Under the pieces are notes generated by a model, which saw only the letters and a list, made by a program, of their open reading frames with translations, was not told where the DNA came from and made no database searches. Made by a program: the position numbers and the translations under genes. Positions 38,149 to 51,162 of a stretch of 64,000 nucleotides of DNA are shown one piece after another. This DNA comes from Eledone cirrhosa (taxonomy: Eukaryota): NCBI GenBank assembly GCA_964016885.1, contig OZ024742.1:98084001-98148000 (forward strand), read 5' to 3'. Within the stretch, counting starts at the first letter, position 1, and each line of letters begins with the position of its first letter.

Positions 38149-41100
38149 TATACATATATATATACTTATATTTATATATATGGCTGCGTGTGTGTGTCGT
38201 GTCAGGATTCTATATTTTACGTCTAATAAATTCCACTTTCAAGGCCTCACTCATCACTAATGTATGCCACAAGATAATTTCATAATTTCTCATGCTGAAA
38301 CACGGCGGGAGTGAATCAGAAACAACATATTTCCGCAGCGAACTCCTTAACCACACAGCTTTAATTAAATGTAATGTAACTATCATTGGGTATAAAATCA
38401 CTAAAATCTAAATAGTGTAATTTAATTAGGTGTAAATAAACGCAAGACACATAACGTATAATTAGCTTGGAAATAAACATTATAAAAATTCAACAGGCAA
38501 AAGTTTTAAAAAGTCGAAACAGAGAGAGGTATGTCGCAACCGTTGAAATTAAACTGGTTAAGTGGATACAAAATTGTGCTAACTCAAAGGTGATTAATTT
38601 ACGTCTATTGTAGTCATTATCTTATTTATTCCACCAGGATATTTACGTTTACTGTATCTCAGTTTATGTAGCTGTCGGGAATATGTACCAGATCACCTGA
38701 GAACCTTACTCGAGATAATCCAGCATCCTGTCATAACTAGAAATAAATTTAAGCTTAATATTAAACTGGAATTATTTACCGGGTTTTAGAATATTCCTGG
38801 AGTTGAGGCAACATGTTTCCAATTCCAATGCTCATAAATGTCTAATAGTCTTAAATTTAGATAAGTACCCCACTTGATATAGTGTACAACTCCTCGGAAG
38901 CAATAGCAATGCAACTTAGACATGTATCTCTAATGAAACCACCAGCTGGAAATTAGATTAATCAAAATTCTCACTGGTAAAATAACCCCTCACCTACCAA
39001 ATCGCCAGGACCTTTAATGTATCTTTTCCAGTTGATTAAATTGGTATAATGTAAAAAAAATGACCGACTGAATGAATAAGGATGCAATGGTTAGAAGTGA
39101 GAAATTAAATAGCATTGACCATTATATGACATAACATGCCAGTTTGAACAGCGTTCGATTTCATGACCTTTCAGTAGTCAGGGAAGCAATTTAATCAATG
39201 AAGCATGGTAGTTCATAGAAGCCAATGTTTTCATGCTTTATCCAATTACATATTGTAACACTCTCCGCCCTTTAAACTAGAAAGATATTCCGATATTCAA
39301 ACCTTTTAAATTGCAGAGGAATGCAGCTAGGAACCAAGTACCTCTCTAAAAAGCTGTTTCCAGCGCCAAAATATAATGAACCTAGCATATATTAACCGAG
39401 ATCTTCTGCTAAATAAAACTCGATAATTTGCATACTAATCTATATTTCCATTAGATATAGTGACCTAACAATTATGTTCAGTTGCTTTTCTATATTGACT
39501 AACAAAGAGCACTAATAATCTTTTATGGCCAGCTAGTGTCCAGTTTATTGTGCTAGACATTTCAATTTCTTTACATTTCAATATTCTTATAGAATGCAGC
39601 TGCAGTGAGTTAGCACAAAACATGTGAGTGTTTATCTAAATACATTATATTTAAATTCGGTCTTCTCTGGTCCCAGATTTTCTGAGTTCAAATTATTCAT
39701 TTTTCTTCCATTCGAACTTCGATAAAATTGTGGTGAAATAGCATGTAACAGCGATGAGTTTGGATAAACACATAATAATCAGCTCTCTTTCATTTTCCAA
39801 AGGTTTTCAGGATGAACTTGACATTAATAGGAGTGTATATGAAGGCATATACGTTATGTGTATGTACACTATACACACACGAGTCTCACTAAGCATGTTT
39901 AAGCAGTGATCATGTCACAGCCATCTCAGTTGTCGATGAAAATGCCAGACACTGATATAGGCTTATAGGGTATATTCACATTGTGTATGAAACATATAGG
40001 ATAAAATTGGCTGACAATAATTAATTAGCAGTAGCTCTGATATGGCTTGTTTCATAATAGGTTTGTATATGAAGTCATATGCGATATATTTATGTACTAT
40101 AAGCATGCAGGTGTCACGCAACGAATGATTTATGACAGGAGATGGTGATAATATTACAGGAAATGGTGAGAATGCCACGCTCTGTTAGTGCTAAGGCTAA
40201 TTAATCCAAGCTAGTAACGTTCGCACTATATGAAAATAAGAATCTTCAGCCGATGATCTCTGCGCAAAAATACCATATGAGCAATAAGTATATTTTGACT
40301 TAGTGCCGTGTGAGTAAATGTCACTCATAATGGATACAATTTCCGAAACATGTGTCTGACATTGGCACGTGTCTGTACCAAAGACTATTTGAAATCGACA
40401 TAACGATGTTCTGATCTCGTAAATTATATATTATTCCTGTGTTGTAGTAAATATTACAACCTAGGGTGACTGAAACATAGTATTTAACTTAGTTACTGTA
40501 CTACTGATTTGATATAATTGTTTCTACTGATATGATATAATGTATTGTATTCAGCCTTAAAGGTCCACACTAATCATGTACTTAGTATTCTCTTTCCTGA
40601 ATGATGAGTGCATAGAACATCTCTTCCCTATCGTTTTCCTTCGCACAGTCACTGATAGGTAACAGTTAAAGTGGACAGTTAATAAATATCATCTTACATA
40701 GGATCCTACTCTGTAGCAAATAATATCCATATGGGATCTAGAATAGCTATGCTTATAAATAGCTAATGGTGCCCGAGGCAACGTAAGATAAACAGAAATG
40801 ATTATTTACAACAAATAGGAATTGTTAAATGGTTAATTGGCAGAATTGTAAGGGCATCAAAACAAATATGTTGCAGTTTTTATTCCAATTAATGTTATTA
40901 TTTGTTAATATCTCACCGTGGTTAATTTTACATTACACCCCTTTGGTGTTGATAAATATAGAGACTGTAAAGTGTTAAATCAGCGGTACATGATCCGGTT
41001 CTTTGTATTCTAAGATGAAATCTAACTGTGACCATTTGCAGAGTTGAACATCAATCTGTCGTCGAGTTTAACATTACCAACTGATTTTGACTGCCTTCAG

Positions 41101-42296
41101 GAGAGTTCACTTTGTTACACGCTTTATACCTGGGCTTCAGTTGGAGGATAACTTGCTATACTGATCTCCCATCCATCTCGGAGGTTCATTTGATTATGTA
41201 ATGACAAATACCAATTTGAATGAATACAGAGCATGTGAATACACGATATATGAACAACTAACAATATACTTACCTTTTCTACATAGCCACATAGCACCAT
41301 AACGCCATCAAGTCTCTACATGCAATCCAAGGATCAATAAATTCTTTAAATGGAAAGAAAACTTATTTTCATTTTCCTTATGATGGATTTGAACACATTA
41401 TTTATGCTTCTGCAACAAAGACAAACTACCAGCTTCCGTATAATCAGAGTGCATTGATGATCAAAGATGTAAGATTGTCAAGCATTTCATATGCTTCAAT
41501 GGAGTCAAACACTCCAATATATTTTATTTGCTGTAGAAATATCAAAGAAAAGACGTCCCCCCCCCGCCCCCTCTCTCTCTCCTTCTCTTTGTGTATACAT
41601 GGATTAGGTTGTTAAGTGTAGTTGTTGTTCTTGGTATTATTGTAATTTGTGTTATTGGCTTTACGGTTGTTTTTGTTGTTGTTGCTAGTGTTGTGATGTA
41701 GGTAGTATCGACGGTGGTTCAAGTAGCATTAACCGCTGCTGCTGTTCTTGTTGTTGTTGTGTATGCAATAGCAGTAGTGGTGTTTCTTACCGCAGCGGCT
41801 GCTGAAGTGGTTGTTGTTGCTGTTCTTGTGATGATTGTATTAGTCGCATTATTATTATTATTGTTATTTTGTTCGTTCTTTTGTCAACATGCATTGCCCA
41901 TCGCTCTCGTAATTTTGTTGTTATTTCACTATTTTCTTGAATATTTGATATTGATTTATAGTTAACAAAATCAGTATCTTCGTGAGAAGCTTCGTGTTTC
42001 TCTACCTATAACCCTTAGGTTTTAAACTCGCGTTTGTCTTCCAAACACGTCCGTCAATTTTGTTTTTCCAAAATATGATGGCGGATGACAAAGTTTCATC
42101 TGCTGTTTTAAAGAGCTGGCTGTCCTCCAACCTCATCACTGTCACCGACACCACTACAGACACCGCCAACGGCAGCAGCAACAACAAAAACAGCAGCAGC
42201 TGTAACTACTGTAACTACTGTACCAACAACACCAACAAGAACAACATCATTAGTAACGTCAACTACAACATCAACCTCAACAACAACAAAAACCAA

Positions 42297-42371
42297 AACA
42301 AAATTAAGGACAAAAAGCCACGTTGTCATTCCTGCAAAGAAAGGAACCATCTGAGAGCTCTTTGCCCTCAA
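42297..42371 (+). mobile_element. Isolated gag/ORF1-type CCHC zinc-knuckle remnant
   Basis: KPRCHSCKERNHLRALCP fits C-X2-C-X4-H-X4-C and sits in (CAA)n-rich sequence. It resembles L1/Tx1 ORF1. Confidence 0.5.
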
Positions 42372-42663
42372 CAGATGACGGGAATAACAGGGTCCCTTTT
42401 CTGCTAACGCCAGTAGTCCATACATTACAACAATACCAACAGCGAACAACAGTAACAACACGACTTGCAACTAATTTCTCCCACTACCCCTCTTCCAAAT
42501 ACATACATTCACTAACACACTCACACCACAACATTCACCTCAATCAAATGAATCAGGCGCAGATACTTCTTCTTGTGGCGAAGAAAGGGAGAACCCAGAA
42601 AGCCAAAGAAGCAAATAAATAAGTGAAACAAAAGAAAAAAGAAAACAGTTTGCATTATTACCG

Positions 42664-42833
42664 TGGCAGTATCGGTAGAGGTTCGGACGCCATGTTTTGA
42701 CGCATAGATTTACGGCCTTTGCACTTCTGAGTTCAAATCCCGCCGAGTTTAACTTTGCCTTTCATCCTGAGGGGTCGATAAAATAATGCACTGGGTAATT
42801 GCTGACCTTGTGCCAAAAGTAGAAACAATTATT
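42664..42833 (+). mobile_element. CORE-type SINE
   Basis: Close match to 22133-22324; B-box GAGTTCAAATCCC. Confidence 0.85.
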
Positions 42834-44316
42834 ACCGACAAATCACAGTCACACTAAACACAGCCACATCTTAAAAAACAGCAACTCTAATAACAACAGC
42901 ACATCCGCAATCAAAAATACCCCAAGCAAAATGGCTACAATCACAACCAGGAACAAAAAGAAAACACACATCACAACAAAAGCAGACAATCACACGAATT
43001 CAAGAACTATTAAACACACCAATTGACTTTTTACCTATGTTAGGAACAATTATTATAATTGTCCTAGTTTTCCTACTCATCATATTCGTTTTATCGTGTG
43101 TCATCAAATAAAATTCACATCATTATAACATTAACATTAACAACAATATCATAATCACTTCAACATCAGCATCATAACACAGGAACTATTATAACTACCT
43201 CAACACCTACATCATAATTTCAATACGAATATCATAACATCACCACGAAAATCATAACATCATAACAAACTAATAACCATAACATCAAATCAACACCAGT
43301 ATCATAACCAACTCAATACGACCATCATAACATCCATACATACATAGTAACAACAATTGCAAAAGCAGAACATCAATACCAGGCACATGAAATCGACACC
43401 AACCTCACAATTAACGTCAAAATTAAAAGAACAACACCAAAATCAGCACATGTACAGTTGCAACACATTCAACATCATGACAAAACTAAAGAACACCATA
43501 CTAATATCATAAACATCAACGCCAAATTCATAAATATAAATTCAACATAATAACATCATCATCAACATAATAATCGCAAATATTTCAACATAATAATGAA
43601 CAGGAAGAGAAACAATAGCACAATTTTGATTACCTTATCAGAGATGCAACATTGTGAACCTAAAATGAAATATAAGTCATATCATTAAAATATAGAAAAA
43701 ATAACATCCACTAAAATTTCTATTGACACATTTTAGTTTATTTTTAGTTCGTCTATTTTAACTTTCAACTTCAGATCTATAAAGCTTTCTACTACAGCTT
43801 AACTATTATGTTTGCCTTTCTTTCTGTCCTTTTTTCAACATTTCCTCCTTTATTTATTTCTATCTATCTTTCTTTATACGTACTTTGTTTTATTCTTTCT
43901 TTTACTCTTTCTTTATTTCTCTTCTACTTTCTTTTCTTCTAGATTTAGAAACCAATACTGAAAAATCGGGCAAAAATATAACAAATAATCCCCAAAATAA
44001 ACAAGAAAATAATAGAAAAAATGAATCTTATTGAGGAGAATTTTAACAAGCTAGCCAGAGCGATATCAGCTGGAGATTATGCTCTCTTACTGAACTGTAT
44101 ATCCACTGTTGTATAAAAGAATGTGTAGTGAGAGATAACAAAACAGGAAAGGAAAACTGTTGAAGACATTTTAGGAGGATATTAAAACTACAAAAGATGT
44201 GAATTCCTAAATAGAAACTTAAAGTAACAGAATATAAACAAGAATGCTTGTATCAACAATAACTTTGGCAGACATTAAGCAAAGAATAGATGTCATAAAA
44301 TACATAATAGATGGCG

Positions 44317-44350
<34 letters not shown>

Positions 44351-44356
44351 CACACA

Positions 44357-44489
<133 letters not shown>

Positions 44490-44945
44490 ATATGTTTTTA
44501 TGCATGTATATATGGCTATATATATATGTATAAAGAAGAAATACACGCATATATATGATTATATATATATACATAAATATAGATGGTCCCCACCCCACAT
44601 ACACACACATTTATATATAAACATATATATGCGTGTGCATATATCTGTTAGTGTTTATATATAAGATTTTGTATGTGTTTTCATATACGCTGCTGTGTTT
44701 AACTATACACATATTACATACATATTTATATATTCATATATGTGTGTGTGTGTATGTACAGATGGTATATATATATATTTTTGGTTGTGTGTAAGTGCCT
44801 GTGTTGGTCTCTATAGATATAAATGAATATTGATATATGCATATATAGGTGTATTTGCATGAATATATTTATCATATATATGTGCATATAAATTTGCTCA
44901 CAAAATACAAATATATATGATATATATAAAAAAGATGTCTTCAGT

Positions 44946-45045
<100 letters not shown>

Positions 45046-45172
45046 CCCTGCGTACAAAATGATGAATCTACATTCTTACACAGATATATGCACCAAGGTA
45101 CATATTTCAATCTATGAGTTGTCTATACTTATCAATACATATTTACAATATATATATATAAACGTATGTAAG

Positions 45173-45237
<65 letters not shown>

Positions 45238-45254
45238 TATATATATATATATAA

Positions 45255-45287
<33 letters not shown>

Positions 45288-45557
45288 GTCTGCTCGTGTA
45301 TAATCGGTATTTTCGAACCTTTAGTTCCTCTTTGCCAACAATATTAACTGCCTTATCTTTGAAATACCAAGTGAAAAATTAAAATAGTTTTTATTGGGAA
45401 CGGCATAACAAATAACAAAGTGGATGAATAGAGTGTATAATATAGGCCTCTGATATTACTATTGTCTGGGGCACTTTTCATGTCAATATTTTGTAGATTG
45501 CATATGTACTTATACGTAGATACGTACATGCTCACACATACACGCAAACACATACAT

Positions 45558-45629
<72 letters not shown>

Positions 45630-45636
45630 TCGTGTG

Positions 45637-45679
<43 letters not shown>

Positions 45680-45845
45680 GTGTGTGTGTGTGTGTGTGTG
45701 TGTGTTTGTGTGTGTGTATTACTGATGTAGAGATTCGACAGCCAGTTCCAACGCTTTTACATATATAAAGCACACATGGTCCATTCCTACACCTGTCTCT
45801 CTCTTTCTTTCTCTCTCATTCTCTCTCTCTCTCTCTCTCAACACT

Positions 45846-45928
<83 letters not shown>

Positions 45929-46005
45929 CCGGATTGAATAGTAGGTAAACACAGTAAGTAGGGTACTCAATACAAAGCAGAGTATAAAAGTTTTAATATA
46001 GAAGA

Positions 46006-46054
46006 GCTTCTACAGGACTAGAACTGTTTCATTCGTGAGAAATCATCAGGAAGC
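46006..46054 (-). ncRNA. Type I hammerhead ribozyme (GUA site)
   Basis: GCTTC-CTGATGA-TTTC(tcac)GAAT-GAAACAG(ttctagtc)CTGTA-GAAGC. Confidence 0.85.
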
Positions 46055-46532
46055 TGGCTGTCCAAGTAAATGGTAGCATTTATGTCGTTCTTTTTCTGGT
46101 GGTAGGAGAGGGTGGGGATTGCGATGGGTGTAGGTCATTTGTTGATGGATTTAAAGAAAGGGGATTCATTAAAAGCTAATTCTTTAAAGCTATAATATGT
46201 GTGTGTGTGTGATTGTGGGCACCTGACCTTTTTTGCAGATCTCACCATCCTTTAGAAGAGCATTTTAATATTGCCACTCAACGAAAACCCTTTGTTTGTT
46301 TGGAATAAATGAACCTTGAAAATTAGGAGTGCCTGTCAGTGTGCATGTGTTTGTATATTGAGCATGAATTTACTTTTGCCTTTGTATCACTATGTATTTT
46401 TCTCTAAATATAGTTCTTTTTAAAGAATCCCCATTCTTGAATTCCATCAGCCAATGACCTCAACCCATACCAATCACCACGCTCCTCTACCACCAGAAAA
46501 TCTATAAATACCACCATATTACATTGACAGTC

Positions 46533-46584
46533 GGCTTTCCTGATGATTTCCTCCGAATGAAACAGTTCTTGTCATGTAGAAGCC
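46533..46584 (+). ncRNA. Type I hammerhead ribozyme (GUA site, same family)
   Basis: GGCTTTC-CTGATGA-TTTC(ctcc)GAAT-GAAACA..TGTA-GAAGCC. Confidence 0.75.
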
Positions 46585-46649
46585 ATTTCTATATTAAATT
46601 TCTATATTAAATTTCTCCGGCGAACAAACAGCACGAGGTGCTGTATATG

Positions 46650-46715
<66 letters not shown>

Positions 46716-46967
46716 ACATCTTTTTCGCTCTACATGGATGAATACAATAAATGTAATCTGGGTTTTTCGAATTTTAATAATTGTTTCTACTTTAGGCACA
46801 AGGCCAGCAATTACCCAGTTCATTACTGGTACTTTATTTTATCGACCCCGTAAGGATGAAAGGCAATAACATTAGATTCGTTTGCAATTATGCAAACACG
46901 CCTCAATTTTATAGCCATGTCAGTAGAATGAACCTTTCATTCTTGCTCTTGTGTTGGCATGTGAACA

Positions 46968-47017
46968 GTACTGCAGGCAATAATGTTTCTGGGTATCACC
47001 CTTCATCAGTACAGCTC
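46968..47017 (-). ncRNA. Type I hammerhead ribozyme, cleavage triplet mutated to GCC
   Basis: GAGCTGTA-CTGATGA-AGGGT(gat)ACCCA-GAAACATTATTGCC-TGCAGTAC. Confidence 0.75.
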
Positions 47018-47176
47018 ATTGTTCACCTGACTAACTGTCAGAGCTAGTGAAAATATATGCTATTTTCAATATGATCAGCCAGTCTGCTAATATGCAAATC
47101 AGGCCGATCAGTCCCTGTGTATTTTTGATATTAGCATATGTTTTCATTAGCTCTGACAGTTTGGCGGGTGAACAGT

Positions 47177-47226
47177 GAGCTGTACTGATGAAGGGTGATA
47201 CCCAGAAACATTAGTGTCTGCAGTTC
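47177..47226 (+). ncRNA. Type I hammerhead ribozyme, intact core
   Basis: GAGCTGTA-CTGATGA-AGGGT(gat)ACCCA-GAAACA(TTAG)TGTC-TGCAGTTC. Confidence 0.88.
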
Positions 47227-47559
47227 TTTTCACATGCCAACACAAGAGAAATAATGAAGGGTACATTCTACTGACATGGCTATAAAATTGAGGGTTGTTT
47301 GCATAATTGCAACCGAATCGAATGTTATTGTTAATATTTGGCAGTATCGGTAGAGCGTCGGACGCCATGCTTTCCAGCATAGTTACGTCCCTTTACGATC
47401 TGAGTTCAAATCCCACCGAGGTTTACTTTGCCTTTCATCCTTAAGGGGTCGATAAAATAAAGTACCAGTAATGCACTGGTTAATTGCTGGCCTTGTGCCT
47501 AAAGTAGAAACAATTATTAATATTTGAAAAACCCAGATTAAATTTATTATATATATTAT

Positions 47560-47631
<72 letters not shown>

Positions 47632-47889
47632 GTCTTTAGATAAAAATAACAGGTCCATTCATGTTGACATCTCTTGTAAATATATATATATATATATATA
47701 TATACTTGCAAGAGATGTCAACATGAATGGACCTGTTATTTTTATCTAAAGACACTTTTTTTCAAATACCATCCCGCCCCTCACCTCAATCTATCTTATT
47801 TCTCATACATTCTTCTGATGAAGGACTAGCGCAGATGGTGAATTCATTTTCGTCGGTATTGGCATTAAATTAGTTTAGCGTATGCGATT

Positions 47890-48200
47890 GTTTATCAGAT
47901 TTTGAGTGCAATGAAGTTAATGAGAATTCCTCAGTAATTGTAACGACACCAAAAGAAAGCAGATACTTATTTACCATCCATGCTGGAGATTTTCAGAGAG
48001 ATCCGTTGGTTCCATTTCATGTTGCAGTCTGCCTTGATTATCCATTGCGTAATTTCATTGTAGTATCAGATGAGATGAAACTGAAACGTCGACGAAGTAA
48101 TCCATTCTTGGAGGAATATCTACCAGAACTGGCTTATTCAGATGACATAGCTCGCTGGGAAAAGCTCATCAAACAAGATAAGGACGTATTAAACATATGT
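47890..48200 (+). mobile_element. Decayed RTE-like LINE RT fragment
   Basis: FTIHAGDFQRDPLVPFHVAVCLDYPLR (cf. AGVLQGDTLAPFLF..LDY.LR) and RRRS..YLPELAYSDDIA (YADD motif). Confidence 0.7.
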
Positions 48201-48445
48201 TGCAGCACAATCCATTGGAATCTGTCTGAAGGGTGATAAAAAAAGTTCATGCATGTGAATGCAAAATCAGATGTCTAAATGAATGCATCAGATGAAAACA
48301 AGAGTACGGTGACCAAATGTCATACAAATGAAAGACTCTGAAGATGACACAGGGCTGCAGGTAAGGCAACTCCATAATGCAATATTAGATAGAAAGAGCT
48401 AGAAGAGCTTCAGCATGACACCCTAAAGGTGATGTAGAAGAAGCA

Positions 48446-48520
<75 letters not shown>

Positions 48521-48878
48521 TTAGGTTTGTTCGTTCACCACTGGATAGAACGGGTCATTCTGTATGGTCAATCTCGATGTAACATTATGGTGAGCACTTA
48601 ACGTAATGCAGCTCACCCGTCTTCGTTTGTGTAGTTGGTGGTGCGAGTACGGAGTTAATTATTATAAAATAAAGGTTTGAAAGGTTTATTATACTATGAT
48701 CATTTCAATGACCGGGTTCAGTATGAATCCGGTGATATAATCAGGTATTCAAATATAACAAAGGAATATAACAGATAAAATCCATGGGGCTGAAAATCAG
48801 AGGGCGGCCGACTGAGGTAGAAGCTTTTAAATAGTCGGTCGTCCTCTTGTCTCGGATTTTATCTGTTATATTCCTTTG

Positions 48879-48923
<45 letters not shown>

Positions 48924-49050
48924 AAAGTTCTATTTAAATTGTTGGGATAAAACAAGCAAATATCTTTATAACTGATATAAAGGACTCAATAAGTATTTCG
49001 AGTAAACATACGATATTAACAAATGGAAACTCTATTTACAAAACCATATT

Positions 49051-49115
49051 TATTTCATTATACATATTTCAAGGACTCCATGTTAAATTATGGTGTGCTT
49101 TCATCAGACAAAATA
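49051..49115 (-). ncRNA. Type I hammerhead ribozyme (AUA site)
   Basis: TATTTTGT-CTGATGA-AAGCACACCA..TGGAGTCCTT-GAAAT(ATGT)ATA-ATGAAATA. Confidence 0.72.
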
Positions 49116-49218
49116 TAATATAGATCAGTTTTATTAATAAATATCCGGAGCTTCCAACAGTAATGGTTGCATTTTTTAAGGATATGTCAATATTTATTTA
49201 TAAAACTGATTTATATTA

Positions 49219-49283
49219 TATTTTGTCTGATGATAGCACACCATAATTTAACTTGGTGTCCTTGAAATATGTATAATGAAATA
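49219..49283 (+). ncRNA. Type I hammerhead ribozyme (AUA site)
   Basis: TATTTTGT-CTGATGA-TAGCACACCA(taatttaact)TGGTGTCCTT-GAAAT(ATGT)ATA-ATGAAATA. Confidence 0.75.
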
Positions 49284-49323
49284 AATATGGTTTTATAAAT
49301 ATAGTTTCCATATGTTAATATCG

Positions 49324-49488
<165 letters not shown>

Positions 49489-51086
49489 CATGTATATATA
49501 TACATATATATATATATATATACATACATAAACATATATATATACATATATATATATACATAGAGAGAGAGAGATAAAGAGAGAGAGCAATGAAAAGTGA
49601 GAGAGAAACCTTTGTATATTTGAATAGAGAAATGAGAATTGAAGTATTTATTACAAATGAATCAGAACATTGTATGGGATAACTTAATGATTACGGTGAA
49701 TGGGAGAGAATAGTTTCTTTCTGCTGGGCAAAGTAACATGAGAACGTTAATTACATATTTTCTATAGGTCATATTGGGGAAATATGGTAGAGATTAGTTT
49801 TAGGATTTATTGTGGTTTCAATATATTAATTTGTTATCGATTGGGGTCTGGTTATATTTTTATTGTTTTATTTTATGATTTAGTCAGGGATGAAGGGAAG
49901 CTTCCACTACATCTTGTAAGTATTTTAAGATTGTTAAGAGAAAAGAAAGAAATTATTCTCAAACCGGAATCTAGTCTCGAATATTTGTTAAAGTCTGGGC
50001 TTCTCTGAAGATGTCCAAGATTCAATGGTGGGTTTAAAACATGGCAAGGATTAAGAACACCGATTCCCTGCAACAGGCTTCAATAAAGTTGTGGTCTATC
50101 AAATTCCCGTTACAATAATTTTTTGAGAGGATACTTGAGTAAAGTCTTTCTTAAGATGATACACAATAGTAATGAACACAATAACTTTGCAAAGATTCTC
50201 AGAGCCCATAAGGAAACACGTTTGAAGCCCAATAATTATTAACAAGCATGAAATGATGAATACATTTTACCTCTCTTCATACGTATGCCTGTGGGCGTCT
50301 GTCGTTTGTTACGCCTCAGATTAAACTCGAAGCATATTAGTGACTATAGTTTCTTATATGAATCTTACTGGAACCTCTGCATAGCGCATCGCATTATCAG
50401 CCTATTGAGGCTACAACTGATAGTGAGACGGCATGACATGAGATCAAGAGATGGGGGAGCAATATATGCATTACCTGAATATCTAGAGATAGATTCCTAT
50501 TAGCTTATGTCTGGTCGTGACTGCTCTCCATATCATCGCCTCATCTTAGCTCTTTCCTAGCTAGATGCCTAGCTTCTTTGAGAATATAGGGATCTTAATA
50601 TGATCGTCACAGGAATATCCCTAAGGAACTCCCTTTCTCCATTTATTTTTTCCTTTGCACTAAAACTATTAATCGGCACATAAAATCACCCGACTATTGT
50701 ATGTAGTTAAACTTGAATTGCCGTTTCTAGATGATAGACACAATCAATCCTACAGACATTATACGCATTAAGTAGAGGAATTAATACGAGACTGGGAGAA
50801 GTGAAAGGTGTCAAGTCAAACCCAACCTGAAAATTGAATAATTTAATATTGTGATAAATAAAGAAATAAAAATAAGAGAACCAGATCAAACTATGGCATA
50901 CATATACTTAGGAAGCACAAAACAACACACAAATAAAAGAATACACTGAAATGAATATTAAAGTCGGCATAGATTAAAATATAAAACAATTTAAATGCAA
51001 ATATAAGGTAATATATGATATCTCTGTATAGGTCCCAATAATGGTAGTTATATTATTCTAACTAGTATGTATTACATACTATTATT

Positions 51087-51159
<73 letters not shown>

Positions 51160-51162
<3 letters not shown>

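Larger units (their letters stand above)
45922..46600. mobile_element. Fold-back element with two diverging HHRs, between (TA)n tracts
   Basis: ~45995-46195 is inverted relative to ~46405-46600. HHRs at 46006-46054(-) and 46533-46584(+). Confidence 0.78.
46721..47548. mobile_element. Fold-back HHR element (21-kb family) carrying a captured SINE in both arms
   Basis: 46747-47060 is inverted relative to 47130-47548. HHRs at 46968-47017(-) and 47177-47226(+). A SINE at ~47341-47516 is flanked by the duplication TTAATATTTG. (TA)n on both flanks. Confidence 0.85.
49011..49323. mobile_element. ~310-bp palindromic element with two diverging HHRs
   Basis: 49011-49144 is inverted relative to ~49190-49323. 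HHRs at 49051-49115(-) and 49219-49283(+). Confidence 0.82.

Noticed and set aside
47816-47870. CTGATGA boxes here, at ~16240 (+) and at ~145 (-)
   Set aside because: No matching stem II-GAAA-NUH-stem I could be completed.
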